Assembly (NCBI GenBank): GCA_965221775.1
Contig: CBDCSU010000006.1
Span: 1,632,001-1,696,000 of the forward strand
DNA: 64,000 nt
Direction: 5' to 3'
Source of the DNA: Candidatus Latescibacterota bacterium
GTDB lineage: Bacteria > Latescibacterota > UBA2968 > UBA8231
Both the position numbers and the translations under genes were made by a program. The notes beneath the pieces are model-generated. The model made no database searches, was not told where the DNA came from, and saw only the letters and a list, made by a program, of their open reading frames with translations. How positions within the stretch are numbered: position 1 is the first letter of the stretch; every line of letters begins with the position of its first letter. Positions 1 to 9,257 of this stretch are shown one piece after another.

Positions 1-1
1 C

Positions 2-694
2 TTCGACGACGGCGAGATCGCCGCGCACCGGCGCTACTTCGACCGCCTGTTGGCGGATACCATGGCCGCCGGCGGCACCAGCTACGCTATCTCCTCGGCC
101 CATCTGAAGTGCGGCCGGGTGTACGACCTGATGCGCCACCCGCGCTTGGTCGCCTGCGCCCAGGACATCCTGGGCGGGGAGATCGTCGGCCTGGCGTCGC
201 AGTTCTTCTGCAAGATGCCCCACGATCCGGTGAGCATCTCCTGGCACCAGGACGCCAGCTACTGGCCGCTGACGCCATCGAAGACGGTCACCATCTGGCT
301 GGCCTTGGACGATGCCGATACGGAGAACTCGTGCATGCGCTTCGTCGCGGGATCGCATCGGCACGGGCATCTGCCCTACCGCCAGAGCGGGGAAGAGGAG
401 AACAACCTGTTCAACCAGACCGCCCTGGATGTGGAGAAGTACGGCGAGTGCGTGGATGTGGAGCTGAAGGCGGGGGAGATCTCGATGCACTCCGACCTGC
501 TGCTGCACGGCTCCGAAGGCAATCGCTCGGCCCGCCGGCGCTGCGGTCTGACCCTGCGTTACTGCGCCATGGAGGTGCGGGCCCTGCCCGGCTTCGGCTG
601 GGCCGAGGAAGGCGTCGTCATCAGCGGCGTGGACTCCGCCGGCCACTGGGGCAATCCGCCCCGCCCCGAGCGCGACCTGATCCTGCCGGACTGA
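2..694 (+). CDS. Phytanoyl-CoA dioxygenase (PhyH) family Fe/2OG oxygenase, 5' end outside window
   Basis: Frame open from base 2; WHQD facial-triad motif, IWLALDDA..ENSCM, GSH, distal LLHGS..N.S.RRR. Confidence 0.9.
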   Translation, partial: FDDGEIAAHRRYFDRLLADTMAAGGTSYAISSAHLKCGRVYDLMRHPRLVACAQDILGGEIVGLASQFFCKMPHDPVSISWHQDASYWPLTPSKTVTIWLALDDADTENSCMRFVAGSHRHGHLPYRQSGEEENNLFNQTALDVEKYGECVDVELKAGEISMHSDLLLHGSEGNRSARRRCGLTLRYCAMEVRALPGFGWAEEGVVISGVDSAGHWGNPPRPERDLILPD

Positions 695-820
695 ACTCGA
701 TCAGGGGGCACCGCACGCGATCGTTGGTCTCGACCGGCCGGTGGCCTCGCCCAGGGTGAATGACGGCCAGGTCCGGCCCTCTCCGGCGCCGAGTTGCCCC
801 GCAGGGGCGTGGCTCCGCCG

Positions 821-2074
821 TCAGCTCCCGCCGCCGCCCTCCAGCACCGGCCCCTCCCGCTCGAGGCGCGCCATCATGGCGCTGAACCCGGCCGAGCCGT
901 CGTCATCCCAGTACTCCGTCTTCAACGGCGCCGCGAAGCTCACGGGCATCAGCTCCCGGCTCCAGTCCGGCCGGACCATGAAGTGCGGGTTCTCCGGGTC
1001 GGGGCGGGCGTAGAGGGTGGTGCCGTTGTCGTAGCGGCTGACGAGGATAAACCGCGGTTTCGACGCCGGCTCGATCTGCTCCAGGCGCCTCACCTCGTCC
1101 ATGTCCAGCTCGACCCCCAGGCCGGGCCGCTCGGGCACGCGGATGAAGCCGTTCACCGGGTTCAGCGGCTCGGTGACGAAGCGCTCGCTCGAGACTTCGG
1201 TGGTGGCGTTGACGAAGTGGAAGCTCGCCGAGGGAAAGGCCGCCATCATGTGGGCGTTCATGGCGCGGGTGATGTCGCTGCCCGTGTTCTGCAGCATGAA
1301 GGGACTGTCGCCGGCGGCGAAGAGGCCGGCCTTGCGCACCGCGTCGCCGATCTTCGAGTGGCCGAGCATGTAGGCGTCGGCGGGCCGGCGCAGGACCTCG
1401 TAGGTAGCCCCCGTGGGGAAGTGGTGCAGGACGATGGGCAGGCGGGAGCGCAGGCGCAGCTCGATGTAGCCGTCGATGTCCTCGCCGGGCAGGGGGTCCT
1501 CGAAGCAGCCGGCGATCTCGTACCCGGCGAGTCGGTCGAGCAGCTCCGGCATGTGGTCCTCGGTGCCGTGCATGGTGAAGTCGTAGTGGAGCTTGAACCC
1601 CTTGGGAGCCACCGCCTGCATCGCCTCGGTCTGGTCGAACACGTTCTCGAAGGGCGAGAGGTGGAACTTCATCCACGTGTGCCCCTGCTGCGCGTAGGCC
1701 GACACGGCCCGGGCCATGCGCTCGGGATGGGTGCTCACCGTCCACGCCGCCACGGGCACCCAGGAGCGGTACTTCTGGCCGAAGAGCTTGTACACCGGCA
1801 CGCCGGCGGCCTTGCCCATGAGGTCGTACATCGCCGTCCCCAGGCCGAGGGAGGTCTCGTCGCCCAGCCAGTCGAAGGGGTTCGAGCCGATGTACCGGTC
1901 CAGCACCTCCTCTCTCTCGATCCCCTCCGACTCGCCGAGGCCGGTGAGGCCGCTGTCGGTGCGGACCACGTAGATGGTGCGTTGAGTCAGGTCGTGGTAG
2001 TGGAGCAGCTCGTAGGCCCTGGCCTCGTCGTAGGGCAGGGTCACCCGGTGGATGTCGATCTCCGTGACTCTCAA
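821..2074 (-). CDS. Mandelate racemase/muconate lactonizing (enolase superfamily) protein with C-terminal extension
   Basis: TTG start overlapping upstream stop (TTGA); TDSGLTGLGE, AMYDLMGKAAGVPVYKLFG, PERPGLGVELD. Confidence 0.85.
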   Translation of the reverse strand: MRVTEIDIHRVTLPYDEARAYELLHYHDLTQRTIYVVRTDSGLTGLGESEGIEREEVLDRYIGSNPFDWLGDETSLGLGTAMYDLMGKAAGVPVYKLFGQKYRSWVPVAAWTVSTHPERMARAVSAYAQQGHTWMKFHLSPFENVFDQTEAMQAVAPKGFKLHYDFTMHGTEDHMPELLDRLAGYEIAGCFEDPLPGEDIDGYIELRLRSRLPIVLHHFPTGATYEVLRRPADAYMLGHSKIGDAVRKAGLFAAGDSPFMLQNTGSDITRAMNAHMMAAFPSASFHFVNATTEVSSERFVTEPLNPVNGFIRVPERPGLGVELDMDEVRRLEQIEPASKPRFILVSRYDNGTTLYARPDPENPHFMVRPDWSRELMPVSFAAPLKTEYWDDDGSAGFSAMMARLEREGPVLEGGGGS

Positions 2075-3678
2075 GTTGGACTCCCCTCTCCCTTTGGATA
2101 CCGCACCACGAGCTCGACGTCGGTGAGAGTCAGGGATGAAGCGACCTGCGGATTGCGCTCCTCCACGACAACTCGCACCATGTGCTCCCCCGCCGGCACA
2201 TCCCTGTCGCTGAAATCCCAGCTGAGCCACACGGCGGTGCTCCCTTCGGCGATCTCCCGCCAGCGCGGCAGCGGCTGAAAGGCGCCGCCAGGGGGCGAGG
2301 GACTCTCCAGCCGGCAGTAGTCGATCCGCGGCGCCTCCAGCTCGACTCCGTCCCACCACACCCGCAGCGCGTCCCTGTCCGTCCACTCGGTCACGCGCAG
2401 CCGCAGCTGCAGCGCCGTCGGCGGGTGGGTCTCGAAGTCCTCGGCGATCTCGAGGGTGATCTTGGGCCCCTCTCCGGTCAGCGTCCGCACGAGGTCGACG
2501 GGCACCTGGCCGTAGATGCGGTCGATGCGGTAGGCGCCGCGCCAGGCTCCCTCCCGCTGTATGAAGCGATGGGCGGCGGCATGGATCTTGTCGGCGGCGG
2601 CCAGGCTCTCCGGGGATCCGATCGTCGTCAGCAGGGGCCGCTTCATGTCGCGGTTGGCGTGCCAGTTGAAGACGTAGATCCCCGAGGCCCCGGCGCGGTG
2701 ATAGCGGCTGGCGATGGCGCGGGTCCGCAGGCGGTCCTTCTCCTCCGGCTCCTCCGGGCCGACGAAGGGATCGGGAAGGTTGCTGTCGAAACCGGGGTAG
2801 ACGGCGACGTCCGTTCCCTCGCACAACTCCACGAATTCCGCCGCGTCGATGCTGGCGTCGGTGACCGCGTTTCCCGCCGGGATGAGCACGTCCACCAGAC
2901 CTTCCTCGACCCAGGCGGGCACGTCGTAGCCGATGCGGCGGCACATCTCCAGCGATCCGGAGACCCGCGCCGCCAGGAAGACGGGGCGGCCCCGCTCGCG
3001 CCCGAGGGCCTCGGTCATGCGGCGGACGGCGCGCTGCAGATCGGTGAGCAGGTAGCGCAGGCGGTACCCGTGTCCGTCGGGGAAGTGGAAGGCGTGACGC
3101 TGCCAGTCCAGCTCGACGCCGTCCCAGTCGTAGCGCCGGCAGACCTCCTCCACGTGGCGGAAGCGGCGCTCGCGGATCTCGGGGACGGCCATGTTCCAGG
3201 AGAGGGCGAACCACTCCGAGGTTTGCTCCCCCAGGACCCACTCCGGGTGCTCGTGGCGCAGGGCCTCGACGCGGTGGGCCTTGCGCAGCGCCTCCAGGTC
3301 GGCGACCTGGGCGCCGCCGAAGTGATTGTCGTTCATGCGCACCGAGGCGTAGACGTGGAGACCGAGCTCGCGGCCGCGCTCGATCAGGGCCTGCTGGGGG
3401 TCCTCGCCGCGGTCGTACATGCGCAGGATGTTCTCTGTGGCGTTGTAAGCGCCCGCGCTCGGATAGGGGCGCTCCCGCGCTTGGCCGATGAACTCCACCA
3501 CGTCGCTGGGCCAGCGCGAGCCCTGGCCGCCGACGCTCCAGAACAAGGCGTCCACCTGGGTCTCTTCGAGAGGCGCGTAGACCTTCTCGAGGAAGTCCTC
3601 CATCGACTGCGGCGCCGGCGAGTAGCCATGGGGGGCGCCGTCCCAGTTGTAGATGATCCGGTAGGGGGGGACCGGCAT
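2071..3678 (-). CDS. Glycoside hydrolase-like TIM barrel protein (GHL10/DUF187-like)
   Basis: YNWDG, SVRMND.H, YDWDGVELDWQRH, GIYVFN motifs; in operon. Confidence 0.65.
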   Translation of the reverse strand: MPVPPYRIIYNWDGAPHGYSPAPQSMEDFLEKVYAPLEETQVDALFWSVGGQGSRWPSDVVEFIGQARERPYPSAGAYNATENILRMYDRGEDPQQALIERGRELGLHVYASVRMNDNHFGGAQVADLEALRKAHRVEALRHEHPEWVLGEQTSEWFALSWNMAVPEIRERRFRHVEEVCRRYDWDGVELDWQRHAFHFPDGHGYRLRYLLTDLQRAVRRMTEALGRERGRPVFLAARVSGSLEMCRRIGYDVPAWVEEGLVDVLIPAGNAVTDASIDAAEFVELCEGTDVAVYPGFDSNLPDPFVGPEEPEEKDRLRTRAIASRYHRAGASGIYVFNWHANRDMKRPLLTTIGSPESLAAADKIHAAAHRFIQREGAWRGAYRIDRIYGQVPVDLVRTLTGEGPKITLEIAEDFETHPPTALQLRLRVTEWTDRDALRVWWDGVELEAPRIDYCRLESPSPPGGAFQPLPRWREIAEGSTAVWLSWDFSDRDVPAGEHMVRVVVEERNPQVASSLTLTDVELVVRYPKGEGSPT

Positions 3679-3682
3679 GGGG

Positions 3683-4558
3683 TCAGTCTCCCGGGCGCAG
3701 CTGGTGGAGGGCCTCCAGCAGCCGCGGCGACAGCGGCCCGGCCCGGGCCCGGCGGGCGTTCTCGGCCGCGTGGGCCGGATCGCTGGTGCCGACGATGGCC
3801 GAGGTGATCACCGGATGGGACAGGGTGAAGCGCAGGGCGCACTCCAGCGGATCGTCCCAGGCCCCTTCGGCGGTCAGCAGGGGGCGCACCGGATCCCACC
3901 AGGGCCCGCCGTGGTGGTGGGGCGAGTCCTCGCGCAGCAGCCTGGCATTGGCGATGGGCCGTTTGGCGACCACCCCCAGGCCCGCGGCTTCGGCGGCGGG
4001 CAGCACCTCGTCCAGGGCCTCCTGGCTGAGGATGTTGAAGGTCACCTGCAGGGCGTCGAAGAGCCCCATGGAGATCGCCTGCAGGGCGTCCTCGCCGTCG
4101 CCGCTGTAGCCGGTGCAGCGCACCTTGCCGGAGTCGCGCGCCCGCAGCAGCGCCTCCGCCGCCTCGCCGGCGCGCAGGATCTCCGCCGAGCAGGTGTGCA
4201 GGAAGACGAGATCGAGCGACTCGACCCCCAGCCGCTCCAGCGACCGGTCGATGCTGCGCTCGATGACGGGGCGGGAGTACGCCTCGCCCTCTTCGCCGCC
4301 GGTGATGCAGCCGCACTTGGTGGCGATGACGAACTCGCCCATGCGGCCTGCGAGACAGCGGCCGATGAGCTCCTCGCTGCGGCCGTAGCAGTCGGCGGTG
4401 TCGATGAAGGTGATGCCCAGGTCCGGGAAGCTGTCGAAGAGGGCCTCCACCCGATCGAGGGGGGCGCCGCCGATGCGCGCCGCCCCGAAGCCGTGGCGGC
4501 TGACCTCGAGATCGGTGGACCCGAGCCTGGCGAGCTGGGCTGCGCCCGCGTCAGCCAT
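3683..4558 (-). CDS. Aldo/keto reductase
   Basis: LGSTDLEVS, FIDTADCYG.SEE, ATKCG, SLERLG..LDLVFLH. Confidence 0.9.
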   Translation of the reverse strand: MADAGAAQLARLGSTDLEVSRHGFGAARIGGAPLDRVEALFDSFPDLGITFIDTADCYGRSEELIGRCLAGRMGEFVIATKCGCITGGEEGEAYSRPVIERSIDRSLERLGVESLDLVFLHTCSAEILRAGEAAEALLRARDSGKVRCTGYSGDGEDALQAISMGLFDALQVTFNILSQEALDEVLPAAEAAGLGVVAKRPIANARLLREDSPHHHGGPWWDPVRPLLTAEGAWDDPLECALRFTLSHPVITSAIVGTSDPAHAAENARRARAGPLSPRLLEALHQLRPGD

Positions 4559-5378
4559 AGGCGCCCTTGGCGTGGCGTCCGAGCATGCGCTGCAGCCGCG
4601 GCGAGGCGCCCTCCCAGACGTGGTCGGGCACGCGGTAGTCGATGAAGGGGTAGAACTTCTGCGCCACGAAGCGCTTGCTGTAGGTGACGCCGGCCATGAG
4701 GCGGGTGCGGTCCGAGCTGTTGGGGGCGCCGCGGTGCCAGACCTGGTTGTTGAACATGTAGGCGTGGGTCCGGCGGGCGAGGAAGGAGTGGGGGCCGTTG
4801 CCGTCGAAGGCAGGCTGGTCCTGCACCTCGGGCCTGCGGCCGGCGTAGTGGCTGCCGGGGACGATCTGCGTGGGCCCGTGCTTCAGCTCCTCCACGTCGG
4901 TCAGCGGCGTGAAGATCTGCATGACGAAGCAGGGCAGCGGCACGTCGGGAGAGTGGCGGGGGATCTCCGGCGGCAGCGGGAAGTGGATGAGGTCGTCGAT
5001 GTGCCAGCCCCCGGGGCCGTCGGTGACGGCTTCGGGGTTCGGGGGAGTGTAGAGGGCGTTCTGGGACATGCAGTGGCAGTCGTCCCCGAGGATCGCCTCG
5101 GCGAGGCTGGCGAAGGGCTCGCGGACGATGAGGTCGCGGAAGGCCGTGGAGTACTCGAACATGCGCATGAGGCTGCGGCCGCGGATCTGGTCGCGCGCCG
5201 GCTCGTGCATGACCGGGTCGTCCCACTTGCGCTGCATGTCCGCCTGCAGAACCTCGATCTCCTCTTCCTCGAGCACGGGCCCGAGGTCGCAGTAGCCCTC
5301 GCGCTGGAACCGCGAGAGCAGGTGTTCGGTCTCTTCCGCGGTGAAGGGCTCACCGGCGCGGATGGCGCTCTCAACCAT
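4551..5378 (-). CDS. PhyH family dioxygenase
   Basis: WHIDD, GPTQIVPGSH, VWHRGAPN.S.R. Confidence 0.9.
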   Translation of the reverse strand: MVESAIRAGEPFTAEETEHLLSRFQREGYCDLGPVLEEEEIEVLQADMQRKWDDPVMHEPARDQIRGRSLMRMFEYSTAFRDLIVREPFASLAEAILGDDCHCMSQNALYTPPNPEAVTDGPGGWHIDDLIHFPLPPEIPRHSPDVPLPCFVMQIFTPLTDVEELKHGPTQIVPGSHYAGRRPEVQDQPAFDGNGPHSFLARRTHAYMFNNQVWHRGAPNSSDRTRLMAGVTYSKRFVAQKFYPFIDYRVPDHVWEGASPRLQRMLGRHAKGAYG

Positions 5379-6486
5379 GGCGGCTCTCCCGGTATTGCTT
5401 CAGCAGCTCGTAGTCCGGCTCCATCCCCAGGCCGGGGCGGTCGGGGACGGTCACGCAGCCCTCGGAGTCGAGCTGGAGGGGTTCTTTGAAGATGCGGCCC
5501 CGCAGGGGGTCGACGGTCTCGCGGTAGAACTCGAGGATCAGGCCGTTGGCGATCGCCGCCACCAGGTGGATGTGGATCTCCTGGGCCCCGTGGGGGGCGA
5601 TGCGCAGGTCCTGGGCCGCGGCCAGGGCCGCCACGTTCATGAACTCGGTGACGCCGCCGAGGATCTGGGCGTCGGCGTTGAAGATGGCGGCGGACTCGTG
5701 CTCGATGAGGTCGCGGAATCCGTAGCGGGTGTACTCGTTCTCACCCGTGGCGATGGGGATCGTCGTTGCCTTCGCCACCTGGGCGTGGCCGCGGTAGTCG
5801 TCGGGAGCCACCGGCTCCTCGAACCAGAAGATGTCGTAGGGCTCCATCTTCCGGGCCAGCTCGATCGCCTCGTACGCGGCGTAGGCGTTGTTGGCGTCGA
5901 CGAGGAGCTTGATGTCGGGGCCGATCGCCTCGCGCACGACCCGCACGCGCTCCACGTCCTCGTTGATCGGCACGGCGCCGACCTTCATCTTCACTGCCCT
6001 GGCGCCGAGGTCGAGGCTCTCCTCCATCTCCCTGGCCAGCTCCTTCAGCCCCTTCCCCTCCTCGTAGTAACCCCCGGCCACGTAGGCCGGGATGCGGTCG
6101 GTGAAGCCGCCGAGCAGCTTGTGCACCGGCTTGCCGAGGGCCTTCCCCATCAGGTCCCACAGGGCGATGTCGATGGCGCTGATGATGTGCGTCGACATGC
6201 CGCGGCGCCCGACGATCTTGGGCAGCCACATGTTCGCCCAGATGCGGCGGTAGGCGAAGGGGTCCTCGCCGATGAGGGCCTCCTTGAAGTGGGCCACCAG
6301 GGCCTCGCCCACGGCCCCCGGCCGGGTGGCCGCGGTGCCGCCTCCCCAGCCGATCCCCGACAGGCCCTCGTCGGTATGCACGTGCACGAGGTTGAACACC
6401 ACCGTCCGGTAGGTGTACTTGCCGTTGCTGATCGGCTTCGGCTTCGGCCAGGCGTAACAGTCGATGGTCACGTCCGTGATCTTCAT
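5371..6486 (-). CDS. Mandelate racemase/muconate lactonizing enzyme family (acid-sugar dehydratase-like)
   Basis: Start MKITDV (ATGA overlap); KMK, VDAN, FEEP, TGENE canonical metal ligands. Confidence 0.9.
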   Translation of the reverse strand: MKITDVTIDCYAWPKPKPISNGKYTYRTVVFNLVHVHTDEGLSGIGWGGGTAATRPGAVGEALVAHFKEALIGEDPFAYRRIWANMWLPKIVGRRGMSTHIISAIDIALWDLMGKALGKPVHKLLGGFTDRIPAYVAGGYYEEGKGLKELAREMEESLDLGARAVKMKVGAVPINEDVERVRVVREAIGPDIKLLVDANNAYAAYEAIELARKMEPYDIFWFEEPVAPDDYRGHAQVAKATTIPIATGENEYTRYGFRDLIEHESAAIFNADAQILGGVTEFMNVAALAAAQDLRIAPHGAQEIHIHLVAAIANGLILEFYRETVDPLRGRIFKEPLQLDSEGCVTVPDRPGLGMEPDYELLKQYRESRHG

Positions 6487-7706
6487 AGCCACTCGTCCTC
6501 GAAGACGCGGCACCCGACGCCGTCCTGCCCCATGGCGCCGCGCGCGTAAAGGGTGATGTGCCGGGATTCGTCCAGTGGGCCCACCGTGCTGTACGAGAAG
6601 GTCTCCGGGTCGATGACCTTGTGGCGCCAGGTGCGGCCCTCGTCGTCGCTGTGATAGATGGCGCCGCACCGGCGCTCGGAGATGTGCGATCGACCGGACG
6701 CCGGCAGGCCCGAGCCGTTGGGAATGGAGAACAGCAGGCGCCGGCCGCAGCGGGCCAGCGTGCCGTGGCAGAGGACGCCGCTGATGTCGAAGAGGAAGGG
6801 CGGGGACCAGGTCCTGCCCCAGTCCGCCGAGGTATGGGCGATGCGCTGCATCGGACCGGGACTCACCTTCCCGGCGAGGGACCGCTCCGCCAACCTGTCC
6901 GGTGGATTCATCCGGCGTACGATCAGCAGCTCCTCGCCCTGGCGGACCGAGACGGCGGAGGCCTCGTTGGCCAGGTAGTCGGTGAGAAAGCCGTCGGCGC
7001 GCCAGGTCTCGCCCTGGTCGTCGCTGCAGAGGACGGCGGAGCCGGACTGGGGATGGTGCCGGAAGTGGTTGCTGACCGTTTCGCCTTGGGGCACCACGGT
7101 GACCGGGCCGCCGAGGATGTAGCGGCCCCGGTGGGGACCCTCGGGAACGACGTGCACCTGGCCTACCGGGTTGAACATGATCAGCGTGCCGTCGGGGTAC
7201 CGCCGGTTCAGGGGCGACCGCTCGCCGAGGAGCGTCTCCATGGTCCAGGTCTCGCCGCCGTCGTCGGAGTCGAAGCGGCAGAGCACCATCGGGGTGCCAC
7301 GGCCCACGGCGTCGATGTCGATGCCGGTCCGCTCCCGCATCCTGCCGTGGTCGTTGCCGTAGTGACTCTCCGTGCCGCGCATGTCCACCATGGTCAGAAC
7401 GGAGACGCGCTCCCGTCCATCCCGTTGCGAGCGGTACGCCGACATGGCGTAGTGATGGAGCGGGCTCGAAACCGCCTTCGCGGGCGACCATGTGGCGCCC
7501 TCATCGACGCTCCGGCTCATGAGGACGGCCTTCGGATCGTCGTCCCGTCCTTCGCGCAGCCGCCCCTGGCAGAAGGCGAGCAGGGCGCCGTCGCCCATGA
7601 CGACGTACGACGGCTGGAAGGTGCGGCACACCACCTCGCCGTGAACCTCGAAGCCCGGCTCGAAGGCGAGGGTCCGTTCGCTCAGGCCGTCCCGGAGCGT
7701 CCTCAT
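6483..7706 (-). CDS. Sialidase-like Asp-box beta-propeller (BNR repeats)
   Basis: Five SxDxGxTW Asp boxes; NEAS; C-terminal SYST. Confidence 0.8.
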   Translation of the reverse strand: MRTLRDGLSERTLAFEPGFEVHGEVVCRTFQPSYVVMGDGALLAFCQGRLREGRDDDPKAVLMSRSVDEGATWSPAKAVSSPLHHYAMSAYRSQRDGRERVSVLTMVDMRGTESHYGNDHGRMRERTGIDIDAVGRGTPMVLCRFDSDDGGETWTMETLLGERSPLNRRYPDGTLIMFNPVGQVHVVPEGPHRGRYILGGPVTVVPQGETVSNHFRHHPQSGSAVLCSDDQGETWRADGFLTDYLANEASAVSVRQGEELLIVRRMNPPDRLAERSLAGKVSPGPMQRIAHTSADWGRTWSPPFLFDISGVLCHGTLARCGRRLLFSIPNGSGLPASGRSHISERRCGAIYHSDDEGRTWRHKVIDPETFSYSTVGPLDESRHITLYARGAMGQDGVGCRVFEDEWL

Positions 7707-7716
7707 GCCCGCGGCG

Positions 7717-9198
7717 TCAGCTGTCCCCGAGGCCGGGGAAGGCCGCCTCGTTGATGCTGAACAGGTCGCCCGTGCCGGCGGGCAGGGTGATGGTCAAGCG
7801 ATGGTCGTCCAGGGCGACGGCCTCCACGGCGCCGGTCTCGCGGTCGAGCCGGTGCAGCCCCTTCACCGATGGATCGAAGGTCAGGGTCACCTGCTGGTGC
7901 GAGTCGTCGGCGCCGACGCCCGCGGCCCGGTAGAGGTTGGTTACCATGAGGTAGGCGCCGCCGTCGTCGTCCCGGAAGAGACCGATCAGCGCGTCCTGCC
8001 GGGGGCCGGCCACGGAGAGGGCGATCGCCTGAATCGGCCCCACCGGCTTGCGGGGATCGTGGGCCGCGAGCCCGTGGGGGGTCAGGTTGAAGTCGGTGCT
8101 GCTCTCGGCGCTGCTGTGGCCGGCGACGAAGCGCATGTCGGTGCTGGTGAGGAACCGCAGGGTGCGGCCGAGGTTGGCCACCTCCACGCTGGCACGGGCC
8201 GCGGCGTGGTAGAGAGGGGTGGTCTCGTGGGTCTCCTCGCCCCGCAGCAGGGCGCCGTCGAAGACGTGGTCGTAGGTGAAGTAGGTGATCCCCGTGAAGC
8301 CGAAGGTCAGAGCCGCGAAGAGCTGCATCCTCAGGTCCGACTCGCTCGGCATGCGCCGGTAGCGCTCCTTGCCGTAGGCCTGCACGAAGATCCAGTAGGG
8401 CACGTCCAGCTCCAGGCCGACGCGGCGGACATCGGCGAGGCACTTGAAGTAGGTGTTGTGCAGGTACTCGGCCTCGATGCCCTCGGGCGGAACCTTGTAG
8501 GGGTAGGCGTCGACCATCACCAGGTCGGACCCGATGATCTGCACGAGGTCGCGCAGGTATTGGGGGTAGTCGTAGGGGGAGGTCGGCTTCTGGTAGGTGC
8601 CCGGGCCCTCCCAGCGGCCGCCGAAGTACTTGCCGGTCTGCGCCCCGTACGGATAGGCGTTGGAGTAGACCAGGGCCTCGGGGAATCTCCCCTTGAGCCA
8701 GGAGACGACCTTCCCCGCCGTCTTCATGGACGGCCGCTTCGGCTCGTCCCAGACGATGAACGCCTCGGCTCCGGGATAGGTGTCCACGAGCTGGTCGATG
8801 CGCGCCCGCAGCTCGTCGCCCATGGGGTCGGGGCGGCTGGCCTCCATGGCCGCGGCCTTCTCGGCGGGGTCCATCTCCTCGTAGCGGTGGCGCTCCTTGC
8901 GCATCAGCGCGCCGCCGAGCAGCCCCTTGCTGAGGTGGCAGTGGTAGGGGATGCCCATGCGCTGCGCCTCCGGGGCCAGCCTCTCCCAGCGCTTCCACGC
9001 CAGCATGGCGTTGCAGCCGACCTCCACGTAGCGGTCGTCCTGTACCGCCTGGGGGCGCTGGGTCAGGGCCATGATCGTGAAGGGGTGGGAGCGCACCCAT
9101 CGTTTGCCGAAGTCGGCCGGTCGATCGCCTGCCTCGGCCGAGGCGGTCAAGGCAGTTCCCGGCACGAGGGCGCAGAGCAGGAGCCGAGGGACGAGCAT
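7717..9198 (-). CDS. Secreted hypothetical protein, possible glycoside hydrolase-like barrel
   Basis: Start MLVPRLLLCALV (signal-peptide-like) after GGAGG-like RBS; WDEP, DAYPY, GITYFTY. Confidence 0.6.
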   Translation of the reverse strand: MLVPRLLLCALVPGTALTASAEAGDRPADFGKRWVRSHPFTIMALTQRPQAVQDDRYVEVGCNAMLAWKRWERLAPEAQRMGIPYHCHLSKGLLGGALMRKERHRYEEMDPAEKAAAMEASRPDPMGDELRARIDQLVDTYPGAEAFIVWDEPKRPSMKTAGKVVSWLKGRFPEALVYSNAYPYGAQTGKYFGGRWEGPGTYQKPTSPYDYPQYLRDLVQIIGSDLVMVDAYPYKVPPEGIEAEYLHNTYFKCLADVRRVGLELDVPYWIFVQAYGKERYRRMPSESDLRMQLFAALTFGFTGITYFTYDHVFDGALLRGEETHETTPLYHAAARASVEVANLGRTLRFLTSTDMRFVAGHSSAESSTDFNLTPHGLAAHDPRKPVGPIQAIALSVAGPRQDALIGLFRDDDGGAYLMVTNLYRAAGVGADDSHQQVTLTFDPSVKGLHRLDRETGAVEAVALDDHRLTITLPAGTGDLFSINEAAFPGLGDS

Positions 9199-9257
9199 GG
9201 GGATACCTCCTTGTGGGGGATCGTCATCGCTGACCGTGCCGGGGACGCGCCACCGGC

